NCBI GenBank assembly: GCA_002269645.1
Contig: NIVC01004354.1
Location: 1-49,116, forward strand
DNA from: Macrostomum lignano
Lineage: Eukaryota
Reading direction: 5' to 3'
DNA length: 49,116 nt
This document shows positions 1-11,371 of this stretch, one piece after another; position 1 is the stretch's first letter, and each line of letters opens with the position of its first letter. Both the position numbers and the translations under genes were made by a program. The notes beneath the pieces were generated by a model. The model made no database searches. It was not told the DNA's origin and saw nothing but the letters and a program-made list of their open reading frames with translations.

Positions 1-456
1 ATTAGTGCTATAGCAAAGAACTAAATCTGGTAAACGCTTACCAATCGGACAAGTTTAGTCTCTCCGAGATTGGTCTCTCTTTCTCTTCTTCTTCAGAGTC
101 ATCTCTGAGACCCTCCAAGTCTGAATTTTTGACTTGGATTTTCGCTTATATTTAAAGTAAAATTTTGGTGAAAACTGGTTTAAAATCGGTTGTTTACTTA
201 GGTCACACATGTTTGATTAAGAGGCCATTAATATTTGATCATTATATCATATATGGAATTAAGCAAATACAACTCCCGAGAACCGGTTCCTTGATCAAAT
301 AAACGTTGGTTCTACGTAGGGTTCTGAGTTACTTTTATTTGCACATGACTCATTCTAAAAATCGATATTCTAAAAATAGATTGCGAGTTTAAGTTGGTTT
401 TCTTAGATGTTACTTTAAGTAGTGCATTACTATCTGACTAACGGCTCTCTACACAG

Positions 457-2244
457 GCTCCGCAGCTGAGCAGGACGCCCGCGACACTCGCGCGATGATC
501 GCCAGCATGCTGGAGGGCCAGCGCCCGCTGATGACCATGACTGCCATGGACACGGCGCCCTCGGCCTATCTGGAGTATCTGAGAGTCATCGTCAACTGCG
601 GCCGCCTTCTGCGACAGCCGGCGATGCCGGCGGACCTCCGCCAGTCAGTGGTGGCCTGCTAGCCAGGGCAAAGCCGCTGTTCTGTGCCAACGCGTTGAAC
701 CTCATCGTCCAGACGATGTCCGCGTCTGTTGGCAGCCGCGGAGACAGCCGGTCGCCGTCGCGATGCCCGCCTTCTGGAGCGTCACGTTCAGCCAGCACGA
801 GTGCCGCCTGTGGGTCGACCTGGTGGAGACGCTGCTCTTCTTCTGGGCCGACGGAGGCGGCGGCAGCGGAGGCGGCGGCGCAGCTTTTGTTGAGTCGTTC
901 GCTTTGGGCCTCCTTGATCGCCTCGCGGAACTGCGTGCCGCCTACGCGTCGCCAACCGCCCAGGACTCCGGTGACGGCATCGCCGCGGCCGCCTCGATTG
1001 ACGAATCTCGATCCAGGGCGGAGCGTCTGGCAGCTGAGCTGAGCCGCAGACTGCGACCCCAGCACCTGCTGGCGCTGTCGCTTGGAGCTGGCGGGACTGG
1101 CGGCACCCAAAGCCGAAGACGCGCGCCTCTGGGTTCTTCGTCCAGATCGGGGCGACAAGAGCTGCAAGGTGCGGCGTTAAAAGCCAGTTCCAGTGGCGGC
1201 CTTTGTAACCTTGATTTCGTGCTTTTGTCCTCCCCATCTGCAGTCTTTCTCCTTCTTATTTCTGCACTCTTTGTCCTCTTCATCTCTGCACTTTTTGTCC
1301 TCTTCATCTCTGCACTCTTTGTCCGCCTCATCTTTGCACTCTTTGTACTCTTCATCTCTGCACTCTTTGTCCTCCTCATCGATCTGCACTCTTTGTCCTC
1401 CTCATCGATCTGCACTCTTTGTCCTCCTCATCGATCTTCACTCTTTGTTTTCAATCGTTTTCCTATAAGCTTCAAATATGTAAGCACTATTTCTTGCAGA
1501 TCTTCAACTGCAAACACGACGCGGAAACAGCAGAGACAGACTCAGACGCCGACTCAGAAGCAGCAGCAGCAGTCATCTCTGCTGGCAGCCGCCTTTGTCT
1601 GCTTCTTGGAAGCCGCGGGCGTCCAGCCGCAGCCGCCATCGTCGTTGGAGGCTGCAAAAGCCGCGCTGGAGGGCGTCACAATTGAGCAGGCCGGCTCGGC
1701 GTTGCGCCTCCACCAGACCGACACGTTCGCCAACAATTTGCCGCGGCTGCAGGGGCTCCGGAAGACGCTGTGCTGCCTGCCGCCGTCTGCAGCTGACGAT
1801 GCCGCTGGCTGGCTGCGGTCGCTGCGGACCGAAGTCGAAGCCTCTGCCGCCGCCGCCGGCGTCAACGAGCCCGCCGACCTCGGCGACTTGCTGGCCAGCT
1901 TTGCTGCCTACGCATCCGCCGTCTGCGACTTCGAAGCCGCCTGGCAACGAAACGTTGTCAAGGACGCCGATGCGATGTCGCCGTTTCTTCTCAGCTGCCT
2001 CTCTCGAGTTCTGGCGGGCAACATCGGGCCGGCCAAGGCGGTGCCGGGCTGCTGGGAGGCGCTGCCGGAGACCCTGCGCGACGAGCTGGAGCAGCTGTCG
2101 GCCCGCCGACTGGCCTCGGTGTCGGCGGCGGCTCAGGACGCGGACGACTCGGACAGCGGCCCGGCGGCCCCGGCAGCCTTTCACTTTGATGTTGTTGTGC
2201 TCAAGCAGGCGGAGATCCGGCCCGAGTTTCTGTCGCCCGAATGA
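457..2244 (+). pseudogene. 3' part of an unidentified Ala/Leu-rich protein gene with about 4 apparent frameshifts (pseudogene or assembly indels); probable intron 1169-1499
   Basis: Acceptor ctctacacAG at 455-456 opens a GC-rich coding-like frame (MIASMLEGQRPL...VVAC). It hits TAG at 660, continues in another frame (ARAKPLFCANALNLIVQ), then in ORF 763-2244. A GT at 1169 and ttcttgcAG at 1499 remove a 24-bp repeat and join LWVLRPDRGDKSCK to IFNCKHD. No family recognised. Confidence 0.45.
1257..1450. repeat. 24-bp minisatellite (tctgcactctttgtcctcttcatc) inside probable intron
   Basis: About 7-8 copies; gives the LFVLFISA repeat in ORF 763-2244. Confidence 0.85.
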
Positions 2245-3035
<791 letters not shown>

Positions 3036-3518
3036 CTGCTTTCTAGATGTCATTTTAGAACTAATATTAAAATTTCTAATATTTTTATATTTGCCGAATT
3101 CTGCATGTCATTTTAAAATGCAACGTTTTTATCTAGCTATATAGATTGAGTTTTCAATAAATATTTTCATTTAATTCTGCAGCCAGTGCTGGAACACCCA
3201 CTGGAATGTCTTTTGGTCACCGATAGCGCTTAAGTAAACTCAGACACGGCTTGGCCACAAGTGACTTAGTAGTTTTACTACTGACTGGGTGACACAGAAG
3301 ACATTCGAATAAAAATTTAGCGAGTCAAGATTAGATTGGCGTGTACATCGAACTTCGTTGCAGTAAGGTTTAGTCTTAGCAAAGTGGGAATGATTGTACT
3401 TTGGCTGAAATTTTTGTTTAAATATCCGATATTTGACGCGTACGATTCGCTTACTGTAAGTAGAAATGATAGAAAATGCTATCTAAAGTTTTTCAGAATC
3501 CAGTTAAAGCACGCTGCA

Positions 3519-4648
3519 TCAATTTCTGGCCTCGTATCTTTTGCCGCTGGCCATCATAAACACGAAATCGTCGTAGCTGATGCGACCGTCGCAGTCGAGG
3601 TCCGCCTCTTTGAACATGTCGTCCAGCTCCTCCGGGGTGGCCTCGATGCGCATGCTGACTAGGCTGGCGGCCAGCTCATCGCGGGTGATGTACCCATCGC
3701 CGTCTTTGTCGAACACCTGCGCGGGTATGTGGGATCAGATGCTGTGATGCTGTGATCAGAGTGATGCTGTGATCAGAGTGATGCTGTGATCAGAGTGATG
3801 CTGTGATCAGAGTGATGCTGTGATCAGAGTGATGCTGTGATCAGAGTGAGCTGTGATCAGACCGTGATGCTGTGATCAGAGTGATCCTGTGATCAGAGTG
3901 ATGCTGTGATCAGATTGATGCTGTGATCAGAGTGATGCTGTGATCAGAGTGAGATGTGACCAGAGTGAGATTTGACCACAGTAAACAGTGCCTGACCTTG
4001 AAAGCGCCTCTGGTCTCCTCGGTAGGCGTACGGCGCTGCAGTTTAATCATAATCATTTGCACGAACTCTTCGAACTCGATTGACCCGTTGCCATCCTGAT
4101 CAACTTCGTTAACGATGTCCTGTTGGTAGCAAGAAAACTAACTGTAAACAAAATTTTAATTCTCTGTTGTCTTCTCGACTTAGAAATCGCAGGTATATTA
4201 TTTTACCATAAGCTGAACTGAGTGACAGGACCGAGTGACAGAGCCGAGTGACAGAACCAGAGTGACGGAGCCCGAGCGACGGAGTCAGAGTGACAGAGCC
4301 AGAGTGACAAAACCGAGTGACAGAGCCAGAGTGACGGAGCCCGTGTGACAGAGCCAGAGTGACAGAACCGAGTAACAGAGTCTGAGTGACAAAACCGAGT
4401 GACAGAGCCGGAGTGACAGAACCGAGTGACAGAGCCAGAGTGACAGAACCGAATAGCATAAGTCAGCAAGTGAGAATAAGCCTTGCCTTGAGCTCCGAGT
4501 CGGTGGGGTTGTGCCCCAGCGACCGCATCGCGTGGCCCAAGTCCTCAACGGTGATGCTGCCGCAGCCGGACCTGTCAAACAAAGTGAAGACGCTCTTCAG
4601 CTGGGCCACCTGCTCCTGTGGAATGCTGCCAATATCGAAGTCAGCCAT
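3519..4648 (-). CDS. Calmodulin-like four-EF-hand protein, 160 aa; exons 4648-4487, 4119-3997, 3716-3519
   Basis: Exons join in phase 0: ...LGHNPTDSELK|DIVNEVDQDGNGSIEFEEFVQM...RGAFK|VFDKDGDGYITRDEL...DLDCDGRISYDDFVFMM. Loops DQDGNGSIEFEE and DKDGDGYITRDE are canonical. Intron 1 is GC-AG, intron 2 is GT-AG. Confidence 0.93.
3745..3980. repeat. 17-bp minisatellite (tgatgctgtgatcagag) in calmodulin-like intron 2
   Basis: About 13 tandem copies visible. Confidence 0.93.
4215..4455. repeat. 13-14-bp minisatellite (gagtgacagagcc[a]) in calmodulin-like intron 1
   Basis: About 17 variable copies visible. Confidence 0.9.
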
Positions 4649-5045
4649 GATTTGCCGAGTTAATCTTCTTCTTCGGTTACAGACTGCTGCAGCTTGTGAG
4701 AAGGCTCTCGGGTCTGCTGCTTATTCAAGTGGGCTTTGTCTGTTGCACTGTACTGGCAGAGTTTTTTGCTATTGTTGCTTATCTGTCGCTTTGTTGTCCC
4801 GGGCCAGCGTTCCCTGCGACCAGCTCAAATTGCTGCGCACTATCGTCCCACTCCACACCGGTGTACGCACAGCTGCATCTGTAACCTGCTCTCCTCTCGT
4901 CTCTCTCCTCTTCACTGAGGCAGAGGTATTCTGCTTCAATGCAGCAAACCAACGTTTGTACGTGACCAGCTGTTTATTGCTCTCCATAGTGTGATTATCA
5001 GCAAAAGTTCATGGCGAATTTTTTAAAGTAGTCAGTCAGTAGAAA

Positions 5046-5105
5046 CAGGGGTTGCAAACTCACGGGCCACATGCGGCCCGAGAAGGCTCTCTATCCGGCC
5101 CTCGG
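5046..5105 (+). mobile_element. hAT/Charlie-like DNA transposon end (no partner end found)
   Basis: caggggttgcaaactcacgggccacatgcggcccg resembles the CAGGGGT..CAAACT...GGGCCACATGCGGCCC terminus of Charlie-type non-autonomous elements (recalled similarity). Confidence 0.55.
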
Positions 5106-5149
5106 CTCCTGTGAAACTTCTCAACAGCAATCCGTCCCGCTCTGGGTTT

Positions 5150-5275
5150 GTATCTCTTCTCAGCTCTCTCCTCTCTCCTCTTCTCTGCCCTCTCCTCTCT
5201 CCCCTCTCTCCATCGTCTCGTCTCCTGGCCTTCTGTCTTCTCTCCCCTCTTCTCTCATCCCATCTCGGTATCTCT
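5150..5275. repeat. CT-rich low-complexity tract
   Basis: Almost pure pyrimidines on the + strand. Confidence 0.8.
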
Positions 5276-5532
5276 GATATAAAAGTGTTTAATTCACTTC
5301 ACTCTTGTCAGCCTACTGTTAGTAGTTCACAGCAGAACGAACGCGCTCAATTGTAATTAGCTAAACGGGATAGAGCCGTACAGCACGGGTTTACAGTTTT
5401 CAAAAATGTTCAATCACGCTTGTATTTAGAACGATGGAACTTCCGCGAATTTAGGTGCGTCAAGTGCGCAAGCTACCAGGAGAGCGCAAGTTCTGAACTC
5501 AATCAATCAGTTTTTGTACCTGATAAAGTGAT

Positions 5533-5538
5533 TTTATT
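5533..5538 (-). terminator. Candidate AATAAA polyadenylation signal of the innexin gene
   Basis: tttatt on + strand, about 130 nt past the innexin stop. Confidence 0.5.
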
Positions 5539-5670
5539 GCAACGTAAGATTGTAAGCGCTAGCTAGGCTGGGTACATTCTCATGTGGCGAAGTTTACACT
5601 AAATTGAATTTACAAAGTATAGAAAACTACTGGTCTGTTACTTGAACACTCTCCGCTGGGAGCAGTCGGC

Positions 5671-6915
5671 CTATCTGGTCTCAGTGATCGGTTCGGAAGA
5701 GGTCGCGTCAGCCGCAGATGGTGCGGCAGCCTCGGCGGCCTTGGCCCTCTCCAGCTCGGCAGCGTCCTCCTCCTTGAAGAACTTGTTGCGCCACAGCCGG
5801 TGCACCAGCTCGGTGGTGACCAGGTGGCCGGAGTTCGAGGCGATCAGGCGCAGGAGAAACACTCCGTCGTTGCGCAGGTGCCTGTTGACAAACTCTTGCA
5901 GCGCCGCGGAGTCCCGCTCTCCGTGGTACTTGTCACTGGTGGACAGGTAGCTGTCAATGAAGTCATACTGTTTAAAGGGCAGGCAGTACAGCAGCCAGTA
6001 CAAAAGACTGACAATATTAGCTGCCGAGATGACAAGGTACCAGAACCAGAGGAAGACGAAGATCTTCTCGTTGAACAGGTTGACGGTGAGCACGCACTGC
6101 ATAGTGTAGGGATGCCGGACATTCAACCGGCGGATCTCGAAGTCGCAGTGGGTGATGCGCGGAAAGATGCCGCTGTTGCGCCAGCTCTTGCCCTGGACAA
6201 TCTCGCTGAAGACACCCAAGTCGAAGACGCGGTAGCTGGAGCTCAGCATGCAGCAGACGGCCAGCAGGAGGCCGAAGGAGGCGCAGAAGAAGAGCATCTT
6301 GGTGAACACGTAGCTGAGGATCAGGTAGGACCCGAAGCCGCCGCGCAGGGTCCTGCGAAGCCGCTCAGTGCGACTCTTGCGGTTCTTGTCATCCAGAGCG
6401 AAGATCACCGCCTCCTCGAATGTCTTGGCCAGCGAGACCACAGCCTGAGGCCTCTCAATTGGGTCAACGCTGATCACCGAAGAGGCATTGTGCACGATGG
6501 TCTTCAGGCTGACCCCGGTGCGCGTGTTGAGAATCTTCCACACAATATTGGGCACATTAAGGGCCAGGGCCATGAGCGCCAGGATGAAGGGCACGTACTG
6601 GTAGTAGTTGATCTCGTACTGACGTCTCACGTGCGCGTGATCCGGCACGCCGGTCTCATTCATGGGCACAAAGTAGGTGTTCTTGATCCAGCAGTAGCTC
6701 TCCGAATATTTCTCCCATTGTTCGCTGAACTCGGCAGGAATCCAGCACTGCAGCGGCTTGCCAACGTACTGCCTGGCGCTCACGACCACGGCAAAGATCA
6801 CAATCATGATGGACGTGTAATAGTAGTTGAGCCTGTCGGAGAAATCGTTGTCTGACCTCAGAGACGAGTCGGTCAGCTTGAAATCTCCAACCTTGCTGAA
6901 GAAATCCTGATTCAT
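5671..6915 (-). CDS. inx: Innexin (invertebrate gap-junction protein), 414 aa, intronless CDS
   Basis: DDxxDRLNYYYT-type start of TM1, CWIP and YCW extracellular Cys, YYQYVPF signature, FPRITHCDF, QCVLTVNLFNEKIFVFLWFW, four hydrophobic segments. Confidence 0.98.
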   Translation of the reverse strand: MNQDFFSKVGDFKLTDSSLRSDNDFSDRLNYYYTSIMIVIFAVVVSARQYVGKPLQCWIPAEFSEQWEKYSESYCWIKNTYFVPMNETGVPDHAHVRRQYEINYYQYVPFILALMALALNVPNIVWKILNTRTGVSLKTIVHNASSVISVDPIERPQAVVSLAKTFEEAVIFALDDKNRKSRTERLRRTLRGGFGSYLILSYVFTKMLFFCASFGLLLAVCCMLSSSYRVFDLGVFSEIVQGKSWRNSGIFPRITHCDFEIRRLNVRHPYTMQCVLTVNLFNEKIFVFLWFWYLVISAANIVSLLYWLLYCLPFKQYDFIDSYLSTSDKYHGERDSAALQEFVNRHLRNDGVFLLRLIASNSGHLVTTELVHRLWRNKFFKEEDAAELERAKAAEAAAPSAADATSSEPITETR

Positions 6916-8667
6916 GACGTCTGTTCAGGACTTCAGGCTGCTGCAAGTAGTAAAGAAAGGGTGGGATTATGTAACTACCAAAGCCTCGAGGAAGGAAAGG
7001 TGAGGGAGCAGAGCGGTATGCCTTGTCCTCAAATAGCCTAAAGTGTTACTTGACTACTCAGTGCACATCCTAAGAGTAAATAAAACTGATGGAGCCGCAG
7101 GAGTCTGCGCTAGCACTCACAGTTTTCGCCAAGGCGGTCCCAGGTGTTCGTCAGCTCTTCCCTGTGATTATTTTTCCAGGTCTTTCGAATCGCGCTTCGA
7201 GGAAATGGTTGTCTTTTAGAAGCGAAGCGCGCAAGCAAGTTGGAAGGGCAGGGAGGTTGCTAGTTGTCTTTAAAACCGAACTTGGGAGTGGCAAATTTTC
7301 TGCTTTGTTATCTTATCGTAGGTTTTGCAAGACCCTAGCATTGAGCGAGAGAGACAGAGCGCTGAAATGCCGCAGTCTGCATGCCACGATTCTCTGATAT
7401 TGTATCAAACCTGCATGGCTAACCATGAGGCCTGAGAGGCAAATGTCCATTTCTTGTTTCTGGCGCACACTTCGTTGCAGCCTTGCCTTAATCTATACAC
7501 TTGGTTGGAACTCAATGATCTATATGCCAGTATGTTCTAAGCTCTTTTTTATAAATTTTTCTTAACTTCTGACTGAGCTAAAGCTACCAAAAGCAGAAAT
7601 ATAGCTTCGTCCCTTATCTGCAAAGCATTGTTGAAGATTGTCTAATCTGCAGACGCGCTCTGAAAGCCGAACCATTTATGCAGCGACTGCAGCTCGAATC
7701 GCTGATTAATTCTCTAGCGGACAGCTATAGGCATACATGTACGAGGTTAATTAAATTTCAAATGCCACTAGGCGCTAATTAATTCATTAATCCAAATCTC
7801 ACAGAGGAGCCTGGTTGCCACAGTGAATTCCACCGCTGAGACCGAGTGGCACCTGAGTCTGGCTTGAAATAAGATAATCCTGTTATTCGTTTATAGAATA
7901 TACTATCGAATACAGAAACCAGTCGATGCTGTTCCCAGGAGGAGGAACCAGAAACCTATTGAAATGTGGTGTAATTAAAGAATCTAATTTTGAATGCGCT
8001 GTGTTTTAAGTCTTGAATGAATCTTTCAAGCATCAAATCGCGGAAATGCAGAGCAGCATCAAAGCGGACTGAGCTAAAGAGACGGAGGGTGAGGCGGTAC
8101 ACGCAAAGCAATTTTGTATTACGGATTTCTCCAGCCCATGCAGATATTGTCGGATTTAGCAGGAAAAACAAATCCTGTCCGTAGGCCTGCACAGCTAATC
8201 CTGATAGAGGCCTGACAGACCCATGATTAGTGTCGCACTTGTTGCACGTCAAAGTAAGGAATGAAATTTTTCCAAATCTTTTCATTGTCAATTTATTGCA
8301 CTAGTTTTTCCCACCTCAGATTTGCTAACCTTGTAGCACGCTGTTCTGCTTCAGATGGAGAATACTGTCATAAGAGTCCTGTTGTTTAAGGAGGCTGAGG
8401 TTTTAGGGAGCCCAGTGCTTTAACATTCGGAGTCATATATACGTCAGATAGCGTCAGGAAAGCTTATTAACTGCAAAGGGGTGACCGCTAAAGCCGGTAT
8501 ATTAGAGCATATTAGCATACTTAATGCTGATACTTCTACTTGGACTATTCCGGAATAAAAGCCGAATATAGCTAGTGACTTTGAATAAATTTTGCAGACC
8601 TAATCACCTGGCTAGAGCTTCTGAATTAAGTTATTTAATTGGAATCACCGTCAATTTTTTATCCACT

Positions 8668-9010
8668 CATAAAATTAATGAGCCTTGCCCTCTTGCCGAG
8701 GGTAAGAAACACAAGGGGTCTGTCTGTGTTTTGGGGTGGGGGTAAGACTCCATAAAATCGATGAGCCTAGCTCCTCTTGCCGAGGGTAAGAAACACAAGG
8801 GGTCTGTCTGTGTTTTGGGGTGGGGGTAAGGCCCCATAAAATCGATTAGCCTAGCTCCTCTTGCCGAGGGTAAGAAACACAAGGGGTCTGTCTGTGTTTT
8901 GGGGTGGGGGGTAAGGCCCCATAAAATCGATTAGCCTAGCTCCTCTTGCCGAGGGTAAGAAACACAAGGGGTCTGTCTGTGTTTTGGGGTGGGGGTAAGG
9001 CCCCATAAAA
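8668..9010. repeat. Four tandem copies of an ~84-bp unit
   Basis: cataaaat...ctcttgccgagggtaagaaacacaaggggtctgtctgtgttttggggtggggg recurs at about 8668, 8751, 8835 and 8920. Confidence 0.93.
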
Positions 9011-10130
9011 GGTATACATGTGATTTTAGGGTTGTGCCTTGAGACCCTCATATGTGTGTATCGCACTACGTACAACCTGCAGCCCCAAATGAATGTGTTT
9101 GCGCACAGAGACGAACCAAGGGTCGTGGTTTGCTTTTACCACTGAGCTTCATACGAGCTAATGCATATACACGGGTAAGCCGCAACAGGGAGAGTTTCGA
9201 TGTAAAAGCCCTGCAGAAGAACCCAGCTGGAAGCCAGGAAAGGTGAGGTGTCGGACTAAAATAGACCCAAGCTGAGAGCTGACGCGTGCAGCAGATTAAC
9301 TTAACAGAGCGACAGCTTGAATTTTGAGAACAGGGGATGACATTAATTGAATATACAAAAGTGAGCGCTACATTGCAACGACTTTAAATTAGGACAAAAA
9401 AGTTCAATTCAACATCAATGGTAAGCTAATGTGGTTCTTTAAGAATCAGCTTGGATTCTGATTTACGGGCAATTCAGTTACTAATCACTTTCACCTTTTT
9501 TCTTTTCTCACCTGTCAGATGAAGCTCGGTAAATTCGCTCCGCTTTGTTAATAAATATTTAATTGTTAAAAACACGCAGGGAGAAAATTTCATCAAAGTC
9601 ACTCAAAAATTGAAGCGCGTGCCATATTTAATTGAATCTGTCAGAATGAATGACGCGGCTCAGGTCTGTGATTTTTCCCCCAAAAAAATTAATTAAAATG
9701 AGTCTAACAGTTCTCGCACATAAATACTTAATTGCTCTTGAGACTTGACGGCTTTGTGCTTGTCAGAAATCCATTAAAAGCAAGACGAAAATTAGATTTC
9801 AATTAGCCAGATGAGACCCGTAGGAAAGATTCAGTGATTATTCGGAGGCGTAAAGAATTTTCCATTTTTAGTCTGATTCTCCGGCAATCAATTATTCGCG
9901 TCATAATTATTTTGTTCAGACAGCGAACGATGCCGTTCAGTGTCTGATGATTTTCACGGACGCGGTGTAGGCCCAGCACGAGGACGGACAAAGCTAGGGT
10001 CTTGGAAATTTTCAGCTTACAAACAGGCTGTACTTTTAAATTTTTTAAAAAGATATCACTCTAGAAGTAGTCACTGTCAGTAATTAGTCAATCTCAACGC
10101 GTGAGTTGCCACTCCTGCTGGTCCTCGCCT

Positions 10131-11216
10131 CTAGCAGACAGCTCCGCCCTCCGCAGTCGCTGCAGCCCTTCGTGAACGCCTCTGCAGCCGCTGCTGCTGC
10201 AGACTCCGCTGTTGCCGCCGTCTCTGGCCGGCTTGACGGCAGGCCAAAATGCGCCGCATCATCTGCTGTCGGAAGCTGGCGCTCAGGCACAGCAGCACAA
10301 ACAGATTCAGGCAGGTGTCGGCAACAATCAGCAGGTGGTTGATTCTGTACAGAATGTGCAGCGTCTCGGCGAACTCCTTGGGAAAGCCGGCCTTGTTGCC
10401 GTTAGCGATCGTCCAGATGATGCCGACGTACACCACCAGTGCGTACGGCAGCTCCAGCAGAGCGAAGGCCACGGCGATGCTCACTACGATGCGGCTGGCC
10501 TGGGCCTCCCTGCGCTGAAACTGAAACACGTTGGTGCGCCGCACCCGGTGCACGATGAGCGCGGAGGCGCCAGCGATCACCGTCCCGGCGGCCACGGTGT
10601 TCAAGAAGTGTCTCAGCAGGGCCAGCGCGCGTCCAGCCAGTTTGGCCACCGAGTTTGGCGCGCAGCTGACCAGCGTCAGGTCCAGGCAGCTCCAGGCGGC
10701 GCTGGCTAGCCCGAAGCCGGTGAACAGGCAAGCCTGACGCTTCGGCGCCATCGAGTCGCGGGATTGCAACGGACGAGCAACGGCCTTGGCCCTGGCGACA
10801 GTCATGGCACAAAGCCAGAAATTGCGCAACAGATGCCAGGCCTCAAAGCTGTAGTTGAATTTGTCCAGAATGTCAACAGCCGAGCTGCAGCTTGGCGTCC
10901 AGACCTCAGCGTGCATCACCAGCAGGGACAGGTTCATGCCGATCTCTGCCGCGGCCAGCAGCGGAATTCCCTTGGCGCCGGTGCGGGGCCGCGGGGTCCG
11001 AGCGAGCAGCACCACCAGACCGCAGTTGAGCACCAGAGCGAGCAGGCTGAGAGCCTGGATGGCCACGGCCAGCTGGCGCGATGTCGGACCGGGATCCGGG
11101 AACTGGATGGCAGCCGACAGCGAGTCGGTGTCGTTTGTAGCATCGCAGAGAACTGGAATCATGTTGATGCTTAGCCTGGGTATTGCGTGAAGATGAAGCT
11201 GGGAAGCTGTCTGCAT
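10131..11216 (-). CDS. Orphan rhodopsin-like (class A) GPCR, intronless; probable true start at ATG 11162
   Basis: Seven hydrophobic segments and N-terminal NDT sequon. TM1 LVLN, TM2 LAAAE, TM3 end TVARAKAV, TM6 AFALLELP, TM7 DTCLNLFVL, helix-8-like SASFRQQM. Confidence 0.85.
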   Translation of the reverse strand: MQTASQLHLHAIPRLSINMIPVLCDATNDTDSLSAAIQFPDPGPTSRQLAVAIQALSLLALVLNCGLVVLLARTPRPRTGAKGIPLLAAAEIGMNLSLLVMHAEVWTPSCSSAVDILDKFNYSFEAWHLLRNFWLCAMTVARAKAVARPLQSRDSMAPKRQACLFTGFGLASAAWSCLDLTLVSCAPNSVAKLAGRALALLRHFLNTVAAGTVIAGASALIVHRVRRTNVFQFQRREAQASRIVVSIAVAFALLELPYALVVYVGIIWTIANGNKAGFPKEFAETLHILYRINHLLIVADTCLNLFVLLCLSASFRQQMMRRILACRQAGQRRRQQRSLQQQRLQRRSRRAAATAEGGAVC

Positions 11217-11371
11217 TGGATTTATTGCTAAAGTATTTCTCTGTCCTGCCTGCCTTAGGCGACATCGAGTCCAATAGAAAGCCGTATGGGGATTTTCATC
11301 CCTAAATTTTCTTCCTTTCCCATCCTCACTCCGTCAGAGGTGAGCCGCACTGTAGACAGATGGGGTTGGCA

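Noticed and set aside
5800-6855. 351-aa plus-strand ORF antisense to innexin, and similar shadows over the GPCR and cadherin-like genes
   Set aside because: Antisense open frames are expected from GC3-rich codons, and they carry no motifs.
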